DNA of 64,000 nt from Erysipelotrichaceae bacterium (GCA_012744375.1 JAAYCD010000093.1:226-64225); one strand, 5' to 3'. Shown: positions 50,799 to 60,974, counted from the first letter of the stretch. Notes: generated from the sequence alone by a model not told the origin. Program-made: numbers and translations.

Positions 50799-52565
50799 AT
50801 GGCATTAGTTAATATTAAAATTAATGGTCAGCCTTACCAAGTGGAAGCTGGCCTCACCATCCTTCAAGCGGCGAAGAAATGCGGTTATTTAATCCCTACT
50901 CTTTGCACTTATCAAAACGGCGAATGCTCTCAAGGTTCTTGTCGCGTTTGTTTAGTTGAAGTCGTCGGTGCACGCGGTTTAGTCGCTTCTTGCGTCTACC
51001 CAATTAACGAAGGTATGGAAATTGTTACCAACTCGCAAACTGCTGTTGATGCAAGAAGAGCGTCGGTTGAGTTATTACTTTCCAATCACCAAAAAAATTG
51101 TTTGCAATGTCCAAAACAAGGCAAATGTGAATTATTAGAAGTATCCAAAATTGTCGGTGCAAGAGACTTAAAATATATTGGTCCATCTTCTCCAAACACC
51201 ATTGATGAAATTGCTCCAGGTTTAATGCGTAATACCGCCAAATGTATTCTTTGTGGCCGCTGCGTTGAAAGATGTAAAAAAGCTCATGGTATTGCTATTT
51301 TAGGTTTCGAAAATCGTGGTTTTAAAACAATCGTTGCTCCAGTAGAAAATAGAAGTTTTGCGAAGTCCCCATGTTTACAATGTGGTCAATGCGTGAACGT
51401 TTGCCCAACTGGTGCGTTATATGAAAACGAAGAAATCGCAAAAGTTGATGCTGCTTTCAAAGCTGGCAAAAAAGTTATTGTCCAAACTGCTCCTGCGGTT
51501 AGAGCTGCTATTGCTGAAGAATTCGGTCATCCAATTGGCACTCCAGGCACAGGCAAAATGGTTGCTGCTTTACATAGACTTGGTTTCTATCGTGTCTTTG
51601 ACACCAACTTCGGTGCGGACTTAACCATTATGGAAGAAGCCAATGAATTACTCGATAGAATTACTAAAAAAACTGCTCCACTTCCACAAATTACTTCTTG
51701 TTCTCCAGGTTGGGTTAATTATATGGAGTACTTCTATCCAGATGTTGCTCCTCACGTCTCAACTTGCAAATCTCCACATATGATGGTTGGTGCGGTCATC
51801 AAATCTTATTTCGCTAAGACTCACAATCTTGATCCAAACGATTTATTCGTCGTTTCTATCATGCCTTGCACAGCGAAAAAATATGAACGTTCAAGAAAAG
51901 AAATGCCTAATGATGTCGACGCTGTCTTAACTACTCGCGAATTAGCAAAAGTAATTAAACGCGCAGGTATTGAATGGGATAAATTACCTGATGAAGATTT
52001 TGATAAGGACTTAATGGGCGAATATAGTGGTGCTGGTGTCATTTTCGGTGTCACAGGTGGAGTTATGGAAGCGGCTTTAAGAACAACTTATTTCTGGCTA
52101 ACTGGCGAAGAATATGGTCCAGTCGGCTTCCAAGAAGTTCGTGGTATGAAAGGAACAAGAGAAGCCACTATTAACGTCAAAGGCCAAGAAATTAAAGTGG
52201 CCGTCACTTCTGGTATGGCCAATGCTAAAATCTTGTTAGACCAAATTAGAAATGGTACTTCTCCATATACCTTTATTGAAATTATGTGTTGCCCAGGCGG
52301 TTGTATTGCGGGTGGTGGTCAACCATTCGTCAAACCAATGTTCTTACCAAAAGAAGGCGACGATATTCTCGATACATATCGTTTAAAACGTGCCTCTGTC
52401 TTATATGGTGAAGATGAACGCTTAGTCGTCCGTCAATCCCACAATAATAAGGACATTCAAAACCTTTACACCAATTTCTTAGGCAAACCTGGTAGTCACT
52501 TGGCGGAACAATTGCTCCATACTTCTTACGACATTGAACGTCCATGCTACCCAGATAAAGAATAA
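50799..52565 (+). CDS. group A [FeFe]-hydrogenase catalytic subunit (HydA/HndD type)
   Basis: H-cluster motifs TSCSPGW, MPCTAKKYE, EIMCCPGGCIAGGGQP; N-terminal 2Fe-2S, His-ligated 4Fe-4S (HQKNCLQC) and 2x4Fe-4S. Confidence 0.95.
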   Translation: MALVNIKINGQPYQVEAGLTILQAAKKCGYLIPTLCTYQNGECSQGSCRVCLVEVVGARGLVASCVYPINEGMEIVTNSQTAVDARRASVELLLSNHQKNCLQCPKQGKCELLEVSKIVGARDLKYIGPSSPNTIDEIAPGLMRNTAKCILCGRCVERCKKAHGIAILGFENRGFKTIVAPVENRSFAKSPCLQCGQCVNVCPTGALYENEEIAKVDAAFKAGKKVIVQTAPAVRAAIAEEFGHPIGTPGTGKMVAALHRLGFYRVFDTNFGADLTIMEEANELLDRITKKTAPLPQITSCSPGWVNYMEYFYPDVAPHVSTCKSPHMMVGAVIKSYFAKTHNLDPNDLFVVSIMPCTAKKYERSRKEMPNDVDAVLTTRELAKVIKRAGIEWDKLPDEDFDKDLMGEYSGAGVIFGVTGGVMEAALRTTYFWLTGEEYGPVGFQEVRGMKGTREATINVKGQEIKVAVTSGMANAKILLDQIRNGTSPYTFIEIMCCPGGCIAGGGQPFVKPMFLPKEGDDILDTYRLKRASVLYGEDERLVVRQSHNNKDIQNLYTNFLGKPGSHLAEQLLHTSYDIERPCYPDKE

Positions 52566-52580
52566 TTACCAAAAAAATCC

Positions 52581-52618
52581 AAAAAGGGGCGAAATTACTA
52601 CAAAATTGCCCCTTTTTT
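52581..52618 (+). terminator. intrinsic terminator of the hydrogenase operon
   Basis: AAAAAGGGGC...GCCCCTTTTTT. Confidence 0.8.
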
Positions 52619-52640
52619 ATCTACAATATAAATACTGATT

Positions 52641-53978
52641 ATGAATATTAAATTTTACAACTCTTTATCAAATTCTTTAGAAGATTTCATCACAATTGAA
52701 CCAAACAAAGTTGGCATGTATGTTTGTGGCCCAACTGTTTATAACTATGCCCACATTGGTAACATGCGTCCTGTCGTTGTTTTTGATACTTTAAGAAGAT
52801 TTTTAACTTATGTCGGTTATGAAGTTACTTATGTTAGTAACTATACCGATGTCGACGATAAAATCATTAAAGCTGCGAAAATTGAAGGTAAAAAAGAAAA
52901 AGAATTAACCGATTTTTATATTGCGGCTTATGAACAAACAATCAAAGATATCGGCGCGATGTCGCCAAACATCAAACCACGCGTAACTGATTACATGAAT
53001 CAAATTATTGCCTATATCGAAAATTTGGTCAAAATTGGTGCGGCTTATGTAGTTGATGGAGATGTATATTTCCGCGTGAATAAAATAAAAGATTATGGCG
53101 CTTTAAGTGGTATCAACATCGACGATTTGTTGGTGGGCGCAAGAATAGAAGAAAATACCTTAAAAGAGAGTCCATTAGATTTTGCATTATGGAAAAAAAC
53201 TAATGAGGGAATCAAATGGTCCTCCCCTTGGGGAGAAGGTCGACCAGGTTGGCATACTGAATGTTGCGTAATGGTTGAAAATATTTTCTCGCGGCACTAT
53301 ATTGATATTCACGGCGGTGGCTATGATTTAAAATTCCCACACCACGAGAATGAAATTGCCCAATCGGAAGCAACAAACCACAACAAGATTGCGAAGTATT
53401 GGTTACATAATGCCTTCATTAATATTGGCAATGAAAAGATGGCTAAATCTCTTGGCAACGCAATTTATGCCAAAGATATGATTGCTGAACACGGTGGTCC
53501 AGTCACGCGTTTGGTCATCTTGAATGCGCATTATCGTCAACCGGTTAATTTCACCGAAGACACCATTACTGAAGCAAAGAAAGTTTTTGAGCGTCTACAA
53601 AGCGCCTATAAGCAAGCAGCATTGAAACTACAATCTAATAAAATCGTTCTATCGGAAGGCAAACCATTATTTATCGATAAATTTTTAGAAGCTTTAGCAG
53701 ATGATTTAAATACCGCGAATGCGCTTGCCGAAGTGTTTAACGTCTTAAAAGAACTCAACTCACAAATTAGAGCACGAGATACTAATTTTGTATTGTTAAA
53801 CAATTTATTTAAGACCTTAACCGATATGTTCTTTGTCCTAGGGTTAGATATTACCTATGTGATGTTTGATGAAGAAATCGCGCGACTATATGAACAATAT
53901 CTTGCCCACAAAGCAAACAAAGAATTCGCCTTATCAGATGAAATTAGGAAAATTTTGAGCGAGAAAGGAGTCATGTAA
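52641..53978 (+). CDS. cysS: cysteine--tRNA ligase
   Basis: MYVCGPTVY..AHIGN.R, DFALWK, GRPGWH.EC, DIHGGG.DL.FPHHENE, KMAKS. Confidence 0.97.
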   Translation: MNIKFYNSLSNSLEDFITIEPNKVGMYVCGPTVYNYAHIGNMRPVVVFDTLRRFLTYVGYEVTYVSNYTDVDDKIIKAAKIEGKKEKELTDFYIAAYEQTIKDIGAMSPNIKPRVTDYMNQIIAYIENLVKIGAAYVVDGDVYFRVNKIKDYGALSGINIDDLLVGARIEENTLKESPLDFALWKKTNEGIKWSSPWGEGRPGWHTECCVMVENIFSRHYIDIHGGGYDLKFPHHENEIAQSEATNHNKIAKYWLHNAFINIGNEKMAKSLGNAIYAKDMIAEHGGPVTRLVILNAHYRQPVNFTEDTITEAKKVFERLQSAYKQAALKLQSNKIVLSEGKPLFIDKFLEALADDLNTANALAEVFNVLKELNSQIRARDTNFVLLNNLFKTLTDMFFVLGLDITYVMFDEEIARLYEQYLAHKANKEFALSDEIRKILSEKGVM

Positions 53979-53997
53979 CCACCGGCATTAATTTTTT

Positions 53998-55491
53998 ATG
54001 TCACTTATTGAAAAATTACTTGATGTATTAAACATGACTGGCGAAGTCAAAAGTACCGCCAGTGTGATCATCTCCATTGGTGTAATTTTAATTTGTGGCT
54101 TCTTGATGACTCGCTTAACTAAATTACTTAAATTACCTAACGTAACTGCATATTTGATTGCTGGCATTATCATTGGTCCATCGATGATTAACGTTGTGCC
54201 ACAACAATTTATCGATTCAACAAGTTTTTTAGGTGATATTGCTCTTGCTTTTATTGCTTTTAGCGTTGGTGAATATTTTAAAATCAAAGATATTAATAAA
54301 GTTGGTCCTAAAATTGTTGTCATTACTTTAATGGAAGCTTTATTGGCTTTCGTTTTGACTTTCGTCGTTTGTTATTTCTTAATTCGTTTAGAATTTGCCT
54401 TCGCTTTAGTTATTTCTTCTTTAGCTTCTGTCACTGCCCCGACAAGCACCATTATGACGATTAAGCAAACCAAAGCTAAAGGACCATTCGTTAACACGTT
54501 GTTAGAAGTGGTAGCGTTAGATAATGCTTTTTCACTTATTTTGTTTTCGGTAGCTATTTCTATTTCGGTTGCCCTAGGAAATGGCGGATCAGTAAATGCG
54601 AGCGAAATTATAATGCCGATTATATATAACATTATTTGTTTAGCAATAGGTATCGTTTTCGGCTTTATCTTAAAGTTTTTACTTCCATCAAGAAGAACAA
54701 CCGATAATCGCTTGATTATTGTAGCGGCGCTTATTTTATTGTTCTGTGGTGTGTGTGCATTGTTTGGCCAATCGCCATTACTTGGTTGTATGGCTATTGG
54801 AACGGTTTATACTAACCTGACGAAAAATGATGACAAAATATTCGCCCAAGTCAATTACTTTATTCCACCAATCATGCTAGTTTTCTTCGTTAGAAGTGGC
54901 ATGAAATTTAATTTCGCTGATTTGACTGCCACCCATACTGGCTTTGTTTTACCGTTTTTCCTCATCGTGATTATTTATTTCTTTACTAGATTAATTGGTA
55001 AATATTGTGGTGGTTTACTTGGAAGCGCCATTGTTAGGACGCCACGCAACACTAGTTTTTACTTAGGTTTAGGTTTGCTGCCACAAGGTAGTATTGCGAT
55101 TGCTTTGGCGACATCGGGTGCAAGGACGTTATCTTCTGTTGGCTTAGGCGATGCTTCTGACGCATTACTAACCATCATTTTAGCGTCAGTTTTTATGTTT
55201 GAATTAATCGGCCCGCCATTTACGAAACTCGCTTTATATTTGTCCCACTCATACGAAACTAAATTAGATAACTTAGTTCCAGAAGTAGAGGTAAATAAAC
55301 AAGTGCTTGTTACAGAAGGCACTTCAAAAGAGGTAGAAACTCTTGTTGCACAAATCCAACGCATCTCAGAAGAAGTCGGCTATTTAAGCGAGATTGAAGA
55401 GGCCGAGGAAGCTTTTACTGAGGCGGCTGAAGAATATCATGACAATATGCATTATCGTCGAAATTATCGACATTTCATAAATAAAAAATAG
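53998..55491 (+). CDS. cation:proton antiporter (CPA2/Kef-type) with acidic C-terminal tail
   Basis: LKLPNVTAYLIAGIIIGP, IALAFIAFSVGE, TAP.ST, VALDNA, LLPQG..AI.LA. Confidence 0.85.
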   Translation: MSLIEKLLDVLNMTGEVKSTASVIISIGVILICGFLMTRLTKLLKLPNVTAYLIAGIIIGPSMINVVPQQFIDSTSFLGDIALAFIAFSVGEYFKIKDINKVGPKIVVITLMEALLAFVLTFVVCYFLIRLEFAFALVISSLASVTAPTSTIMTIKQTKAKGPFVNTLLEVVALDNAFSLILFSVAISISVALGNGGSVNASEIIMPIIYNIICLAIGIVFGFILKFLLPSRRTTDNRLIIVAALILLFCGVCALFGQSPLLGCMAIGTVYTNLTKNDDKIFAQVNYFIPPIMLVFFVRSGMKFNFADLTATHTGFVLPFFLIVIIYFFTRLIGKYCGGLLGSAIVRTPRNTSFYLGLGLLPQGSIAIALATSGARTLSSVGLGDASDALLTIILASVFMFELIGPPFTKLALYLSHSYETKLDNLVPEVEVNKQVLVTEGTSKEVETLVAQIQRISEEVGYLSEIEEAEEAFTEAAEEYHDNMHYRRNYRHFINKK

Positions 55492-55503
55492 GAGTGTAAA
55501 AAT

Positions 55504-56253
55504 ATGTTAGTATTAGCAGATTTATCAAATTACTCAGCTTTGGACCCACTAAGTCAACTAACTAGTGGTTGGCTAAATGAAATTAACATTTGGACCATTT
55601 TAATTAGAATCATTGCCGTTTTAATAATCGGTGGTGTATTTGGTATCGAAAGAAGTAGAAAAAGACATACAGCGGGCTTAAGAACATTTATGTTAGTATC
55701 CTTGTTTGCAGGTATAGCTGGTTTGCTTGATGTTTTTATTACCACTAATTTTGGTGAAGTTTTCCCAGCAATCAGTGTGGCGATGGTTTTAGGTGTTGCA
55801 ATTATTTCTAGTAACACATTGCTTTATAGTAGCAAAAGTCAAATTAAAGGATTAACAACCGCGGTAGCATTATGGTTAACATCAATCCTTGGCATTAGTT
55901 TCGGTTTCGGTTTTTATACAGTTGGTATTATCGCTTTTATCTGCGTTTACGTTTTACTCAATGTGTTGACCAAGTTGGAAAGATACCTTAAAGATCATAG
56001 CAATCATTTCGATATCCAATTAGAACTTAAAAACCGCAACAATCTTGCCAATTTTACTGGAGTTATTAGAAAACTCGGCTTAAAAATTGACGATATCGAG
56101 GCTAATCCAGCCTATGCAAACACAGGTTTAGGTGTTTTCACAATTTCATTGACAGTAACTTCAGATCAACTTAAAAAATATAAATCTCACCGAGAAATTA
56201 TTGAAACTTTATCTACTTTAGAATACATTAATTGTATTGAAGAAATAGATTAA
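55504..56253 (+). CDS. MgtC/SapB family membrane protein
   Basis: GG.FGIER....AGLRTF.LV, KGLTTA..LW; ACT-like C-terminus. Confidence 0.88.
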   Translation: MLVLADLSNYSALDPLSQLTSGWLNEINIWTILIRIIAVLIIGGVFGIERSRKRHTAGLRTFMLVSLFAGIAGLLDVFITTNFGEVFPAISVAMVLGVAIISSNTLLYSSKSQIKGLTTAVALWLTSILGISFGFGFYTVGIIAFICVYVLLNVLTKLERYLKDHSNHFDIQLELKNRNNLANFTGVIRKLGLKIDDIEANPAYANTGLGVFTISLTVTSDQLKKYKSHREIIETLSTLEYINCIEEID

Positions 56254-56255
56254 TC

Positions 56256-56981
56256 ATGCAGAAAGATAACTTTCTTATCTATGGCAAAAATCCTTTAATT
56301 GAGGCGGTTAAAACTAATCGCGTCGTTAAGGTTTTTTTGTTAAAAAACTTTAGTGATGAAAAAATAATGACGCTACTAAATGACCACCATTTGCCAATCA
56401 CCTATCTAAATTTAAGTGAAATGGATAAAATGTGTGAAAATGGTGTGCATCAAGGGGCAGCAGCGGAACTTAAGCCATATAATACCGTTGGCTTAGAAGA
56501 AATCATTGCTAAAGCAAAAAAATTAGAAAAACAAATTATCGTCATGCTTGACAACATCGTTGATCCACATAATCTTGGTGCAATTTTAAGGAGCGCTGAT
56601 TTTTTTGGAGCAGCAGGAGTTGTTTTACCAAAGCATAACTCTGTTTCTTTAAACGCCACAGTGGCAAAAACTAGCGCTGGGGCGATAAATTATGTGCCTG
56701 TTGCAGTAGTTAATAATCTTAATCAGGCAATAAAAATATTACAGGAAAATGGTTATTGGGTTGTTGCTACCGATGGTAGCGCCAAGCAAAGTTACACCGA
56801 CTTAAAATACGATTTTCCAGTCGTCATCATTATTGGTAGCGAAGGCAAAGGAATTTCTTCTCTCGTCCTAAAGAATTCTGATTATGTGGTCAAAATTCCT
56901 CAATTTGGTCACGTCAATTCTTTAAACGCCTCTGTGGCAGCCGGCATTATATTAGCGGAGGTGCGTAAAACAAATATCTAA
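56256..56981 (+). CDS. rlmB: 23S rRNA (Gm2251) 2'-O-methyltransferase, TrmH family
   Basis: IYGKNP..EA, HQG, LD.I.DPHNLGAILRSA, KTSAGA, IGSEGKG, SLNASVA. Confidence 0.93.
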   Translation: MQKDNFLIYGKNPLIEAVKTNRVVKVFLLKNFSDEKIMTLLNDHHLPITYLNLSEMDKMCENGVHQGAAAELKPYNTVGLEEIIAKAKKLEKQIIVMLDNIVDPHNLGAILRSADFFGAAGVVLPKHNSVSLNATVAKTSAGAINYVPVAVVNNLNQAIKILQENGYWVVATDGSAKQSYTDLKYDFPVVIIIGSEGKGISSLVLKNSDYVVKIPQFGHVNSLNASVAAGIILAEVRKTNI

Positions 56982-57004
56982 TCTACTGAAAGGAGATTTG
57001 TTCT

Positions 57005-57625
57005 ATGCCAGCAAAAATAACAAAAGATTATTTAACTGACGACTATCTACACTCACTGTGCGCAAAAAACATTCCTGGCGCATATGAAAAATTTTTTCGA
57101 AAATACCAAATGTTTAGCAGGAAAGTTGTTAAACAAATTCAAATTAACTACCCAAACTCTGGAGTGAGTTTTGAAGATTTACTGGCCGTTTGCGACAGCC
57201 ATTTTCATATTATTGTGAAAAAATATGATCCAAACAGCGGGAATTTTTATTCATTCTGGCATACCCTTATTGAACGAGAAGTAATGGATTATCTAATGGA
57301 AAATTCCTATAAAGGTAAAGCCAGAGTATTTGCAGGAGTATATACTTTAGACGAAGAAATGGATGAAAGACAGGCTTGCTATGAGTATTTGCGTGAAGAT
57401 GATGAGACTCATCTCACCGAACGGCAAATAAAAGAACTAAAACTTTTCTTAAAACAAAATTCCAGTAAATTTGAAGCTAACGAACTATTAGTGCTAAATC
57501 TAAATCTCGAAGGATATTCTTTAAGTGAGATAGAAGCAACAGGAGTGATGAAGAGGTCGACAATATATCTAACCTACAACAAAGCAGTTGAAAAGCTTAG
57601 AAAATTACTTGGAATTAAACAATAA
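57005..57625 (+). CDS. alternative sigma-70 factor, SigH/ComX-like
   Basis: Region-2-like FEDLL...VKKYDPNSGNFYSF, region-4-like LEGYSLSEI...KAVEKLRK; sits after rlmB, the sigH position in Bacillota. Confidence 0.7.
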   Translation: MPAKITKDYLTDDYLHSLCAKNIPGAYEKFFRKYQMFSRKVVKQIQINYPNSGVSFEDLLAVCDSHFHIIVKKYDPNSGNFYSFWHTLIEREVMDYLMENSYKGKARVFAGVYTLDEEMDERQACYEYLREDDETHLTERQIKELKLFLKQNSSKFEANELLVLNLNLEGYSLSEIEATGVMKRSTIYLTYNKAVEKLRKLLGIKQ

Positions 57626-57708
57626 ATTATCGGCCATATGGCAGTATCACAAAGTGAAAGGGTGGATATCATTACATATTTTTTTATGTGCGTGCTATAA
57701 TGCGTAAC

Positions 57709-58527
57709 ATGAGCAAATTAGAAATCAAAAATCTCACTTTTTCCTACGATAATAAGATCAATGTCATCGACGACATTTCTTTCAAGGTGGAGAAGGGGCA
57801 ATTCGTTTCAATTATTGGCCATAATGGGTCAGGAAAATCAACTTTAGCGAAATTGATTGTTGGATTACTTGATAAAAACAACGGCCAAATCTTTTTTGAT
57901 AATGAAGAAATCACTAAAAAGAACATGGTTAGATTACAGAGCAAAACCGCGCTCGTTTTCCAAAATCCTGATAATCAATTTATTGGCGCGACCGTCGAAG
58001 ATGATATCGCTTTCGGCTTGGAAAACATTAATTTTCCACATGAAAAGATGCAGGAAGAAATTGAACGATTTGCTAAAGAAGTGGGCATGTTTGAGTACTT
58101 GAACAAAGAACCAAGTAACTTGTCTGGTGGACAAAAACAACGCGTCGCTATTGCGGGAGCTTTGATTTTACATCCAGAGATATTAATTCTTGATGAGGCA
58201 ACTTCGATGCTTGATCCAAAGGGCAAGGCGACGGTTAGACGTGTTATTGACCGTTTGCACCAAGAAAAAAAGGATTTAACGATTATTGCGATTACCCATG
58301 ATATTGATGAAGCAATGTTGAGTGACGAAGTTTTGGTTTTAAGCCGTGGCAAACTAATTAAAAAAGGATCACCTAAAATTGTGCTTCGTGACGAAGAGAC
58401 ATTGCGTTCATTGCGTTTAGATATGCCCTTTGTTTATCGTTTAGAAAAAGGACTAAAAAGCCTTGGTATTAAAGCAAAAGCTGAAACGGTTGACCAACTG
58501 GTGGAGGATATATGGGCATCAAAGTAA
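57709..58527 (+). CDS. ecfA1: ECF transporter ATPase EcfA1
   Basis: GHNGSGKST, FQNPDNQF.G.TVEDDIAFGLEN, LSGGQKQRVAIAG, LDEATSMLDP. Confidence 0.95.
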   Translation: MSKLEIKNLTFSYDNKINVIDDISFKVEKGQFVSIIGHNGSGKSTLAKLIVGLLDKNNGQIFFDNEEITKKNMVRLQSKTALVFQNPDNQFIGATVEDDIAFGLENINFPHEKMQEEIERFAKEVGMFEYLNKEPSNLSGGQKQRVAIAGALILHPEILILDEATSMLDPKGKATVRRVIDRLHQEKKDLTIIAITHDIDEAMLSDEVLVLSRGKLIKKGSPKIVLRDEETLRSLRLDMPFVYRLEKGLKSLGIKAKAETVDQLVEDIWASK

Positions 58528-59369
58528 ACAATGTTTCCTACACATACCAAAAGAAAGCATCAACCGCGACCTTGGCGCTAAATGATGTTTCTTTAGAAAT
58601 TTATGATAATGATTTTGTGGCTTTAGTCGGAGAAACCGGTAGTGGTAAATCAACTTTGGTCCAATGTTTTAATGGATTAATTATTCCCGATAATGGTGAA
58701 ATCGTCGTTGATGATTTTATTGTTTCTTATAAAAATCGTAAGAGCCGTAGACTTAAAAATTTAAGAAAACGAGTCGGCCTTGTTTTTCAATTTCCCGAAT
58801 ATCAACTGTTTGAAGAAACGGTGGAAAAAGATGTTGCTTTTGGTGTAAAAAATTTTGGTCTCAAAGGCGAAGCTGCTTTAGAAAAAGCCCATCAAGCTTT
58901 AGACCTCGTCGGATTAGATTCTTCTTATTATCAACGCCCACCTTTTGAATTAAGTGGTGGTGAAAAAAGAAAAGTCGCTATTGCTGGAGTTTTGGTCATA
59001 GAACCAGACATCTTAGTATTTGATGAACCAACCGCTGGCTTGGATCCTGAAAGCAGTAAAGAACTAATGGCGTTAATTACCAAATTACACGAACAAGGTA
59101 AGACAATTATCGTTGTTACTCACGATATGGATTTGGTAAATACTTATGCAAAACGAGTGCTGATGTTAGATCATGGCAAACTCGTATTTTCTGGAACCCC
59201 TAATGCATTATTCAATCACATTCAAAATTATGATCGACTCGATGTTCCTTTACTCATTAAAGTCGCTAAAAAACTTAAAGAGAAAGGGATGGACTTACCT
59301 GTAGAAGGTATCCATACAATTGATGACTTATTAACTTATATCAAGAAATGGAGGGAAAACCATGTCTAG
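58512..59369 (+). CDS. ecfA2: ECF transporter ATPase EcfA2
   Basis: GETGSGKST, VFQFPEYQLFEETVEKD, PFELSGG, DEPTAGLDP. Confidence 0.95.
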   Translation: MGIKVNNVSYTYQKKASTATLALNDVSLEIYDNDFVALVGETGSGKSTLVQCFNGLIIPDNGEIVVDDFIVSYKNRKSRRLKNLRKRVGLVFQFPEYQLFEETVEKDVAFGVKNFGLKGEAALEKAHQALDLVGLDSSYYQRPPFELSGGEKRKVAIAGVLVIEPDILVFDEPTAGLDPESSKELMALITKLHEQGKTIIVVTHDMDLVNTYAKRVLMLDHGKLVFSGTPNALFNHIQNYDRLDVPLLIKVAKKLKEKGMDLPVEGIHTIDDLLTYIKKWRENHV

Positions 59370-60240
59370 TATGACTTTTGGTCGTTATACCTTCCGCGAG
59401 ACTTTTATTCATCGTCTTGATGCAAGAAATAAGATCTTTTTAATGATTATTTTTATGGTTGGAATTTTCTTCCAATTTAATTTATGGTCAACGGCCTTGT
59501 TGTTAAGCGGCTTTTACGTTATTTTATTAATTGTTTTTATGACCATTGCCCGCATTAATTTTTTAAGTTTATTTAAGTCATTAGGAGGCATGTGGATATT
59601 CATTTTGCTATTAATGGCTATTTATATTTTTATCCCTAATAATAACTATTATTTACCAACCGCTTTTACGATTGGAAATGTTGATGTTAAGTGGGACGCT
59701 ATTTGTCAATCGGCTTATATCGTTATGCGTTTAGTATTGATGTTAGCCTTAACGATGATTTTAACTAGCACCACAAAACCGATGGATATGACCTATGCTT
59801 TTGAATGGTATATGCGACCATTAAAGCCAATCCATTTTCCTGTAAATGAAATCTCGATGACTTTGTCAATTGCTTTGCGTTTTATTCCTACGTTGCTCGA
59901 TGAAACAGATCGAATAATGAAAGCTCAAGCCTCACGCGGAATCGATTTTAATCACGGGGGTGTCTTTAAACGCTTTGGAGCAATCATTGCTTTAATAATT
60001 CCGCTTTTCGTCTCTGCTTTAGAAAGGAGTGAAGAACTTGCAAATGCAATGATTGTCAGGGGATATGACCCAAAGGCAAAACGTTCTAAATACCGTCTCT
60101 TAAAATTCTCATATCGCGATATTTTTGCTTTCCTATTAATTGTGGGATTATTTGGTTTAATTATTTATTTATCAGTAATTGATACTAAACTTAACCCCTT
60201 AGATTTAGTGGAAATTATCTTTAAGGTAAAAGGATTCTAG
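59362..60240 (+). CDS. ecfT: ECF transporter transmembrane component EcfT
   Basis: IHRLD.R.K, SIALRFIPTL, KAQASRG, PLFVSA..R.EELA.AM..RGY. Confidence 0.95.
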   Translation: MSSMTFGRYTFRETFIHRLDARNKIFLMIIFMVGIFFQFNLWSTALLLSGFYVILLIVFMTIARINFLSLFKSLGGMWIFILLLMAIYIFIPNNNYYLPTAFTIGNVDVKWDAICQSAYIVMRLVLMLALTMILTSTTKPMDMTYAFEWYMRPLKPIHFPVNEISMTLSIALRFIPTLLDETDRIMKAQASRGIDFNHGGVFKRFGAIIALIIPLFVSALERSEELANAMIVRGYDPKAKRSKYRLLKFSYRDIFAFLLIVGLFGLIIYLSVIDTKLNPLDLVEIIFKVKGF

Positions 60241-60242
60241 AC

Positions 60243-60974
60243 ATGAAAATATTCGGGACGTGTGCATATAAAGGCACAAATTATTATGGCTGGCAAAAGC
60301 AAGTAAATCACATCAGTGTTCAAGGCACTATCGAAGAAGCTTTATCGCAAATTTATAATACTAAAATTACCATTATCGGCAGTGGTAGAACTGATGCAGG
60401 AACGCACGCCATTAAGCAATGTTTTCACTACGAGACTGATAAAGAAAAAGACTTAGAACAACTTGCTTATGCATTAAATAAAATTCTCCCCGAAGACATA
60501 AAAATTCATGGTTTGTCTTTGGTTGATGATTGTTTTCATGCGCGCTATTCTGCAAAAAGAAAAGTGTATGAATACCAGATTGCTTTAACTAATAAAGACC
60601 CCTTTATTTTCGATGCCGCATACATTTATCCTTATGAATTTAATCTCTTGGTATTTAAAGAAGCACTAATGCTCTTCTTGGGCGAACACAACTTTCAAGA
60701 TTTCACTTCAAAAGAAATTGACGAAGATAATTTTGTTAGAACTATTTATGATATTAAAATTGAACAAAACGACAATATTATTAAAGTAACTTTTGAGGGC
60801 AATGGCTTTATGCGCTATCAAATTAGAAACATGGTTGGTACTGCGCTAGTCATTGCAAGCAACAAAGAAAGAATTGATTTTATTGTCTCACATTTAGATA
60901 GTAATAAAATTCGTTCTATCGTCGCTTATAAGGCCCCTGCCAATGGTCTATATTTGGTTGACGTAAGATATTAA
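60243..60974 (+). CDS. truA: tRNA pseudouridine(38-40) synthase
   Basis: Y.GT.Y.GWQ.Q, GSGRTDAG.HA, FHARYSA, GNGF.RYQIR. Confidence 0.96.
   Translation: MKIFGTCAYKGTNYYGWQKQVNHISVQGTIEEALSQIYNTKITIIGSGRTDAGTHAIKQCFHYETDKEKDLEQLAYALNKILPEDIKIHGLSLVDDCFHARYSAKRKVYEYQIALTNKDPFIFDAAYIYPYEFNLLVFKEALMLFLGEHNFQDFTSKEIDEDNFVRTIYDIKIEQNDNIIKVTFEGNGFMRYQIRNMVGTALVIASNKERIDFIVSHLDSNKIRSIVAYKAPANGLYLVDVRY

Noticed and set aside
52566..52640. T-box riboswitch before cysS
   Set aside because: The gap is 75 nt, mostly the upstream terminator, with no T-box motif
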